From the NCBI GenBank assembly GCA_002633005.1, contig NMRA01000062.1, forward strand, positions 209,638 to 271,834: a DNA stretch of 62,197 nt. Direction: 5' to 3'. This document shows positions 52,973-62,197 of this stretch, piece by piece. The stretch comes from Phoronis australis. Its lineage: Eukaryota > Animalia > Phoronida. The notes under the pieces are model-generated. The model saw nothing but the letters and a program-made list of their open reading frames with translations. It was not told the DNA's origin and did not search any database. The position numbers and the translations under genes were made by a program. The first letter of the stretch is position 1. Every line of letters starts with the position of its first letter.

Positions 52973-55736
52973 NNNNNNNNNNNNNNNNNNNNNNNNNNNN
53001 NNNNNNNNNNNNNNNNNNNNNNNNNNNNNNNNNNNNNNNNNNNNNNNNNNNNNNNNNNNNNNNNNNGGTGGGTGGGTGTGCGTATATTTAAATGTATGTG
53101 TAAATACATAGGTTCATCTGTATATACTGATACGTGTGCATGTTGGGAGTGTGCGTAATATTTTGACGCCCCGATGTAATGCTTTTCAACGCTACTTGGG
53201 CTGAACTCTTATTATTGTACATTGTATTTTTCCAAATAATAAGTTTGTTTGTGGAAATGTATTCGCAAACATATATAAATCTGATCAGCACGCCACCTGT
53301 TTTGTATTTTAATAAAATTGTTGACTGATTGTAGTAACATATAGAACAGATTGGAGTGACAGTGGGTCCAAACTGGCTAAACAGTTCAATGAATCAGAAA
53401 AAACGCTTAGTTAACGGACTTTTGGAAACCGAGTGGAACGAGGGAAGTGGTATGGTCGTCCGAGGAGATGAGATCACAAAATAGCTTTATAAAGGTATTT
53501 TTGAGAGCGACATATGATCTCCATGAGGAGAATTTCTCTCTTACACTGGTCACCGCTCAGATTCCCTTAGCCCCAAACGACTTTGATCATGCCTTTTCAG
53601 CACACCCTTTGTATTGATGTAGATCTGAGCTAATGAAGTGGAACGGTAACAGGTAGCGCTACTGTCTCAACAATGGTGGTTGTTATTACACCCAAATTGG
53701 TTTTCTCTGGCATTTGCCGGTAGTTTTAACTTGGTACATTTTAAACATTAGAAAAAGATTAAGAAGTTTATTTGTGTTTATCTTGACAAAGGGACACTTC
53801 CTAAAGGAAGGATGGCTTTAAATGTTTCATACCGGTGTTTGTTATTCCGTTCTTAATATTCCTGTCTACTTTTCCTTAACTGGAACGGGTTGGTATCTTT
53901 TTATTTTATTTTTAAACTTGAGGTACCAAAACGATGGTAGATTTTCATCACCAGCAAAACCCATCCCTGAACTTTCCAGATTACTCCTACATCAAACATT
54001 TCACAGCAAACAAAACTACACATGTCACTAGTTCAAGTTTTATCTTTTGAGAACTCAAATCATAAAATGTAATATACAAAGGTGCAAATATGGTGGTGGC
54101 CAAACTGATGATTTGGATGTAGACAATTTCGGTTTCACTGATTAACCATTCTAGCTTGATGTCAGTCATAAAAAATGAACAGTGGACACAAGTTAAGTAC
54201 AACTGTTTTCCTAATAAAAAAATCTGCTTAAACGAGATGGAAAGAATATTTAAAGAATGATGCATGTGATATCGTTGACTCTGATCGGCGCTTGTAAAAC
54301 GAGTACGTCAATACGCACCGAATGTTTTTAATTTATTAGTTCGATTTTTAAAAATCGAAATCCATACCAGGTTCTTTTTTCCAGTTGAATACCGCCGTGG
54401 TGTTCGTTTTTGATGAAAATTATTGGTTAATACATTTTGAAAATTCGCCAATATGTACAGGCAGAGATGCTTACTTCGGTTTATTATGGTGGGGGTAATT
54501 ACTAACTGGGCCTTGCTCGCACCGGACCATGCGGTCATCACAACTGTATCCGACTCCAGCGCCGCGCTCCCTTTGATCCTGGTAAATTTTCACGGCATGC
54601 TATAAATCTTTGCTTAAATATTGCCATTTACGCTTCTGGTTGCTACTTCCAGGGGAGTGGGGTGGGGAGGAGGTCCAATTGCTCCCAAACAGCCAACTTC
54701 GCACACCTATAGCAGGAGAAGGGTGACCAACGTTATAGCACTAAGTGTAACGTGGAAATTGGAACTGCAGAGAGGCATGTTTGGTGAGGTCCAACTAGCA
54801 GGTCCCTCCATATTTTTTTATCTTGCTATTGGACATAGAAACCAGGGACAAATTCTGTAGAAAAATTCAAAAAATACCACAATAGGTAAAAACCGTAGTG
54901 TCACAACAAACAGGGAACTCTTATGCTATGGCGGACGCCGAACTAAGCTTCAAAATTAGACACATTCCCACCCATGAGGACGTCTTTTTGTCAACTGTGC
55001 ATCTATGATAAATATGCAACTACTTGATCACAATTGTGGGTTGTCATATCTGCACCAACTCGATAATTTGTAAGCAGATCTATCCCCAAGCTTCAGCATA
55101 GTTTAGACTAGCCCGCCAGGAACATAGAATCCAACACCTCAGTCCAAGTAAGGGCATCAGGACAGCAGAGGGCGCACTTAGCCAGTTTTACACCATGGCA
55201 GGCATCAAGGTTTGTGTGAACCCTGTTAAATAAATCAACATTCAAATCTTTTGCCTTTATTTGCGGAAATCAGAAACAAATACATGGGACAAAGAAACAA
55301 ACAAACAAACATATTACAAATAAAATAGATATATATGTATACATGTACATGAATTAATAGAGTGCTGGTGATGCGAGATTTTAAAAAGTTCTTTTAAAAA
55401 CAAATGTCAGAAACTGAGGCAGACAGAAACATCAAAATATTCTTCATTTTTAAAATCAAGAAGAGAAAAGGTGCACTTGGAAATATCTGTAAATAAATGG
55501 TCCTAAGAGTGCAATACAACTTTTGTACAGACTAACAAAACTGAACAGGGGTAACTTTTTCAAGTATTTTCCTACAACTCAGCTCTGCAGTAAAAATATA
55601 TGCCAACTTTGAAAACATGTCCTTTTAAGGATATTTAGAAACATTCTTAATTTACAATTTATAATAAATAACAAAAATATAGTTATTGCATTAAACAGCA
55701 GATGGCAGCATTGCAAACAGGCATGGTAGTGTTTCT

Positions 55737-58700
55737 TCACTGAATGGACGGTAGTTTAATCCAGCCTACGTCAGGGGTCAAGTTGGATACGTCACTTCCT
55801 GTGACTTTTGTCCCAGTGGTATCGGGTGGCTGGTGAGACAGTCTAGGTGACAACTTTTTTACGTTTGTCTGCAACGAAAGAAAATCAATAATTAGAATGA
55901 TGGTCTTTTATTGGAGACAAATTTTGCAAACAAAACAAGGTGCCTATTTTGTATTGGGTCATGTACAACACACACTGCACTGCGTGACACAGTAGGTCTG
56001 CACATGACAAAGTAGGTCTGCACATGACAAAGTAGCTCTGCACGTGACACAGTAGGTCTGTTATAGCTTACTGACTAAAAGCTTTTAGAAACATCAGTAC
56101 ACTTCTAGTACCAGACGGAACAATTTGCCTAAGAACAGATCTAGAATACAGTAAATTTAAATTCTAAAAACATTCCAATAAAGATAAACACACTTCTGTA
56201 TCATTTCATCATTATGCGGTGAATGAAAATGTAATTCTCTCGACACAACTGGAAAAGTATACGAGCTGTCTTGTCCTCCAACGATACAGGACAAGGCACA
56301 TAATGTAACTGTGAGTATGGATGGACAACAAACCAACACAGTTCTTCAATGACAGACCAACACACGGGACATGCAATGAGACGGAGACTTTCAAGCTGCT
56401 AGAAAAACGCAAAGAAACCGAGTTTCAATTTCATGCACCACAACTTGCTCCTGCACTGACAAGACAAGGAGACGATTTGTTGAAATGTGTTAGGTGCCAT
56501 GCATACAGTGACTCAGAGACAAGCTAACAGTTGAACTGCCAGTTCCTTCCAAGACAAGAAACCACCTCAGAGGCCGAACAATCAAGACCAATTTGATACT
56601 GATCAGTGGTTTAAATTAAGTAAATTCTTTTGCTGAAAGTATAGTTGATTCTGGTCAGAGTTTTTTTTCTGAAAAATCTCATTGGTGGTGCAGTATTTTT
56701 TATGTGCTCACTCATAAAAATGCATTTTTTGCATAAAGATTAACCTATGGGTGCCTCCCAGGGTGTAAATCGACCCAACCCCCACAGTCATGCCACTGCC
56801 GCTGCCCAAAGATACGTATGTGAATTTTTTAAAGGTATGTTAATTTTAACAGATAACCAGTGACTTTGAATCAAAGTGAAATTTGATGAATCCAGTTTTT
56901 ATAGTTTTCACGTCTATCAAGGTCAGGGAAAAAATGTTAGTGACCTTGAAAATGATGCCAAGGTCACCAAAATTTGATTAATGTCTGGACATGACCCACC
57001 AACAACTTACTGCAAAATACAATGCTTGCTTCTTAAGGCATCGCGCCAACATTTTCCAAAAAAAATGATTTTCCTGTTGTGACTTGACGTGAAGGACAAT
57101 ATTGCCAAAACTGATTAGCACCTAGCAACGTCCTATCTGTACTTCGGTAAAAAATTGAACAAAATCTAAAATCTCCTTAAGATATCGCCCCACCAACTTT
57201 TCTAGGTAAAAATTTAGATTTCTCCCAGTGACCTTGAAAATGATATCAAGGTCACCACAAAGTCACAGGCACCTGGACATACTCCACCTACAACATGTTT
57301 CAAAATAAGAACAAAACCTAAAGCTTCCTCCTTGATATATTGCGTGAACAACATTGTGAGACCTAAAGATGCTTTATGCACGGTGTGTACCTGAGATGAG
57401 CAAAAATAAAAAATAAGCCAAGGAATGAATTTTTTAATTCATCACTTGCTAAAACATGACATTTCAAACCTTGCATAAGTGGGAGATTTTTAGTTAGTGA
57501 GCGCAGGTCTCATGAATAGTTAGTGTGAAGAGCAGAATAAACTATGCTTTTTCGGCCTCTAACAGCCTCAAGAGTTCTTGTGAATCAAACAACGTAAACA
57601 GAGCAGCCAATGCAAAACCAGCATGTGCCATCAAAGGACAGGAAAGGGAAAGAAGCAAGCCAATCAGCACACACAAGACTACAATGACAGGCCAATCAGC
57701 ACACACAAGACTACAACAACAGGCCAATCAGCACACAGGACAGAGGTTACCTGCACTGAGAGCCCTACGGGACATTTTGTTGGCAATAGCAACATTACGA
57801 AGGTATCTTGAGATCTACAAATTATGAGCAAGCAACAATTCAACGCAAAAGCTAAGTGCTGTGTTAAATCTATCAGCAACAACAGATAGGCTGGAAGTCA
57901 TTCTACACAATGTAGCAGCTGTGGTAAACAGAAAATTGACAGTTCCCTCTTGATTGAAATCTGGAAAATTTAAGAAACCGTCAACTTTCAAAAGATTTAT
58001 CAACCTTTTCATGAAAGTGGATCCTACAATCACTGGTGTCAACAATCCTTTCAACTTTTTAAAACGTTCCTCCTTTTCATTTGATTTTGTTCATTCAAAT
58101 AACCAGAACTTCCACAAAATTAGAGAACTGTGAAAGAATAGAAAAGAAATGGGTGGCACTGACATGCACTGTCTGAACAGGTTTAGATAATTTTGAACCT
58201 GAAAACCACATTACCTAAGGTAAAACTACCAAACAGTTTCAAAAATTACATATTTATAATCAGTTATTATATGTAGAACTACTTGAAGCCAGTCTGTGCA
58301 ACAGTGCTGTAACACACAGTGAGGACTACAGCTAGTCTATAGGGTAATGTGCGGACACACAGAGCGCTATAGCTAGTGTGCTCAATGGTCTACTAACACG
58401 CTTCAATTCGGCGACGACCAGTCCACATAGATCTTGCTAAAGCAACATTAGACAAGAACCTAGAGATCTGCAAACAATGCAAACTGTTGTAAACATTGGT
58501 TGAAATGACAATTCTATCCAACAGAGCCCAATCACCACACAGGAGACTGAAACATGAGCACCTTCTATATAATTAGACATTTAAGGGACTATTGCTTATA
58601 GGTAGACAAGAATGTTTTAAGGGTCACAATTACAATGTGGAGACAAAATGGTAAAAATTATAGAGAATCAACAGATGAAAGTCATGTCATTCTCAATTTT

Positions 58701-61395
58701 GGTAAATGACTTTAAGATGACCTTAAGTGAAGAGTATATTTTACATATTATATACAGTAAAACTGAATCCAGGGGGAGGGCGTTTCTAGGTCTGCCGTTG
58801 GGAGCCTGTGTCTGGCAGCTGGACAATAATAACGTGAAATCCATAAGTTACGGCTTTAGCTGTATGTTTAAGATAGAGGTAAAAACCTTAAAACATCCAT
58901 CAACCATAAGCATTTGTGAACATCCCTTAACACCACCCACTGAGGGCTGCTAACATTCTGTTAGCATCTCCAAAGACCCCCCCCACCAAGGATAAACATC
59001 TGTTAACAACCCCATGAACCGTCCATCGAGGTGAAAAATTTGTGAACGTCCCTAAAACACCCAAAAATCACCCACCGAAGAAAAATATTAACCCCCTAAC
59101 CACCATCCACCAAGGAGAAAACATTTGTTAACATCCCTAAAGACCACCCACCGAGGGTAATCATTTGTTAACCTCCCTAAAGACCACCCACGGAGGTTAT
59201 TAACGTCCCTAAAGACCACCCACCAAAGTTATTAATGGCCCTAAAGACCACCCACCAAGGAAAAACAGTTAACATCCCGAAAGACCACCCACTGATGGTA
59301 AACATTTGTTAACGTCCCTAAAGACCACCCACCAAGGGCAAACATTTGTTAACATCCCTAAAGACCACCCACCGAAACATGTTCATGCATCTTCTTCCTC
59401 GCCAAACGGTAGTAGTCGCAGTACTTGTCATGTCCACCAGGGGGCAGTACAGGGAATGTTGTGGTACGTCGGTGTTGAGGTGTATTCAGTGCCGTCTCCA
59501 TGGCTTCAGCAATCAGTGGATGGACGCCCAGGCTGGGGATGTCGTCCCACTCATAGAAGGGCGGGGCCTCACCGTTGAGGGGCGTGGCCTCAGTGTCTGA
59601 GTGACGTGTAGCGGCTGCCAGTGATCCAGGTTGAGACACAGCTGCGGCTAGTTGACGCTCGTGTTCTTTCAATTTGGGCAGGAAATGAGCAGCTATTTGA
59701 CGGAGCCTCCTGTGAATATAGAGGGAGCCACATGTCAACAACCATCGAGGAATCTGGCAACTCTGGCTGAAGATAGTGGTCTGAGTATGTACATCCTCAT
59801 TTTATACTGTGCACAGGAAGTGAGCGGCCATTTAATGCAGCCTCCTGTGTGTCTAAAGACAGATACATGTCGACTCCAGACAAGTCAAGAGACACTGCAT
59901 GAAAACAAGAGGCTGTTTAGTGTGCTCTTATACCATATTCAGGCGTATAGGTTTAGTAGGTCAGCATTAAATAATACAGCCCAGTAACTGAGTTATTGAC
60001 CAAAATGCCTGAAGCCACTGCAGGAAACACTTGCTGTTATGCTTATAATTTGCCAAATGCAAATAGTAGACTTATGAATACTTTTGGCCAAGATATGATC
60101 ACCACTTTATACCTTAAGCTACTGGGTATAAACTATACTGAGTCAAACCTGGATTCGCACAGCTAGGGTTTCCAAAAGTACGAGGTAAAATTGTAACAAA
60201 CGTCTAGCAACAATATAAAGTGACTCACTCTTGTATTGAATTATTAACCCATGTTCCAGGTTGACATTTTCAGGCATTAAAAGTAGGGCATCAAATGACA
60301 ATAAAACAAAGAAAATTTTTTTAATAGTTTTGCGCATCGCTCGAAACGTGGAGAATATTTTAATACATTTTAGTACCGACGCTCATCATTTTAGTTTTAC
60401 TAATTCTACTATTTTATAATCTAAATATTCACTATGTCACTATATTCACTATTCACTAGGTCAAAAAGTAAGGGTGGTATCCGATTCTTATCAGACCATA
60501 TTTAAATAGAAGACTTGAAAGCATCCAGTCTTTATTTTCCATTTTTTTAACACGAACACCAATGGAAACCATATAATCTAAATAGGAGTGACAATTAGAC
60601 TATGTGGGTTCTTGGAATTTTCAAAACAGGTCAAGTAAATGAGAGTGATTTTGTCATCAAAATCAAGGCCATGAGCTACTCAGTGTAAAGTAGTTCCCAC
60701 CATGGCTTAACTATCAGCTAATTACACTGCACCACTGACTTACAGTAGAAGCTGTGCCTGAAAGAATGTGGACAAAACCAGTTGCGCTGAAGGAATCTTG
60801 TTTAAAGAGCATGCTCATAACATAACCATGCTGAAATGATCATCATTAATGTAAAAGCCTCTTTTGATAGTTTACGAATGATTGATGATAATTATAACAT
60901 GTATATGTTCTGAGGATAAATGAGAATCATTGCATGAGCAATTATATCGATCGTTAAACTGTTTAACTTTTATCAATATATCACAATAACATTTACATAA
61001 ATTCATAGAAATGGCTAATGATCAATTATGATTGACCAAAATGGCCAGTGTCCATCAATTAAAAGCAAATTTTGACCCCTTTAATTTACATATTACTACC
61101 GACTAAGCGCATGTATGGTCAGTGTCATACCACTAGTCCGTTTTTAAGAATTTGGACATAAATTCTGCAGAGATTATATAATTACTCTTTAGATCTTTTC
61201 CCGTTCTTCTCAATTCTCCCAAGAGTTGCTGATCGTGGCGAAACAGCGCGTGTACGCGGGCTTCCTCCACGAACGCTCGTCAAATGCGAAGGCTCTCGAC
61301 TGGTGCCACCAAGAGGTCTCGAGTCAGAATCAAAAGGAGGCGCTCTGTTCGACCACTTCATCTGTAGAAGGCCAAAATGGGACGTACCATCATCT
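55737..61395 (-). CDS. 3' exons of an unidentified gene continuing beyond the right edge
   Basis: Exon 59709-59373 reads RLRQIAAHFLPKLKEHERQ...YEWDDIPSLGVHPLIAEAME...DYYRLARKKMHEHVS (cacag acceptor, gtgggt donor). Terminal exon 55868-55737 reads TNVKKLSP...GWIKLPSIQ* (ttgcag acceptor, phase 0). A possible upstream exon at 61395-61186 is phase-compatible, but its strand is ambiguous. Confidence 0.5.
55984..56060. repeat. 20-bp minisatellite, ~4 copies
   Basis: Repeated units cacatgacaaagtaggtctg / cacgtgacacagtaggtctg. Confidence 0.75.
57659..57736. repeat. Short tandem repeat (~32 bp, 2.5 copies)
   Basis: Repeated units gccaatcagcacacacaagactacaa(t/c). Confidence 0.7.
58900..59385. repeat. 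~35-40-bp minisatellite abutting a splice donor
   Basis: The unit tttgttaacatccctaaagaccacccacc is repeated many times and degrades leftwards. Confidence 0.85.
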
Positions 61396-62197
61396 CTGAA
61401 AAAGTTGACAAACTTATTGAGTGTAGTGTACCATTATAATTCACTCATCGTCATTAGGAGAATTAACAACAACATACGCAAGTATTGAGAAGCTTATTAA
61501 CATATAAAGCACACAATAATTAGCTTTCGTTTCAGCGCCAATTCATTTGTTTTCTTAAGCATATCTCATAATTTTGTCTCTTTTTGTTTTGCCTTACTAA
61601 CTTTTTCCTAACAATTTTTCCACTTCTATTTATTTATTTTTGTACACGGACCTTCTTATTAGCAGTCAAAAACTTTTAGAAGGCCTCCTAATTTAAATCG
61701 CATTATCGTATTATGTCAAATGTAAATAAAAGTGTTTCTCTCTCTGAAATAACGAAACAAAACAAAACAAAAATAGATGGGGCGTCTCTTTTCTCGAATG
61801 GAATCTCTTTTGCAAAGATTTCCGAGTCAGAAGTAACAGACTGTGTATTATGACTTAGCAGCAGTAATGGTCACGTGATACAGACATACCACTAAGACTA
61901 TTGTAGCCACTTTACAATGCACCACACATGCAGTTGACTGCTAAGAAAAACATAACATAAAATCTCAATTGTCCATAAAATGATTACGAATGAAACCAAA
62001 TCATACAAGAGCAACACGGAGCGTTGAAATGCGCCCACAATTGCACCGCATAAGGTATCCTTCTAGGGTTGTTTATTGGTACCATAAAGTGGCCAGTAGA
62101 GGGCATACTTTGCAAAATGGAAAGGCATGGTCATTGTCTCCTCAATAGGCTAGGGGCAAAATGTGAGTAATCTTCATAATACAAGCACATCCTATAC

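Noticed and set aside
58900-59385. CRISPR-like repeat array
   Set aside because: The context is eukaryotic, the inter-repeat segments are short and related rather than unique spacers, and there are no cas genes. It is a minisatellite.
61193-61488. Plus-strand exon or nested gene (two open + frames)
   Set aside because: No upstream + exons were found, and the same GC-rich block fits a phase-compatible minus-strand exon. The strand remains unresolved.

Overview
AT-rich, intron-containing animal (probably marine invertebrate) genomic DNA with two N-gaps (30584-31037, 52973-53066). At the left is a head-to-head pair: a partial RJL/DNAJC27-like GTPase gene (-) and a complete three-exon DNAJC22/wurst gene (+). 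The main feature (14.4-51.0 kb) is a cluster of three seven-exon paralogues that I assembled by hand from splice sites (A and B on -, C on +; about 430, 432 and 454 aa). The ORF track misses them because a phase-2 intron splits the pore motif. Each encodes signal peptide - periplasmic-binding-protein S1 - M1 - K+ filter TTVGYGD - M2 - S2 - an extra C-terminal TM helix, with no amino-terminal domain. This resembles the prokaryotic GluR0 type of ligand-gated K+ channel, here as a spliced animal gene. The Arg that normally binds amino-acid ligands appears to be replaced by Asp/Glu. Also present are an orphan CLASP exon inserted between 66-bp direct repeats in the putative 3'UTR of paralogue B, tandem duplications of splice sites, a tRNA-derived SINE, several MITE families, and the 3' exons of an unidentified gene (-) at the right end. 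All homology calls are from motif recognition, not database searches.
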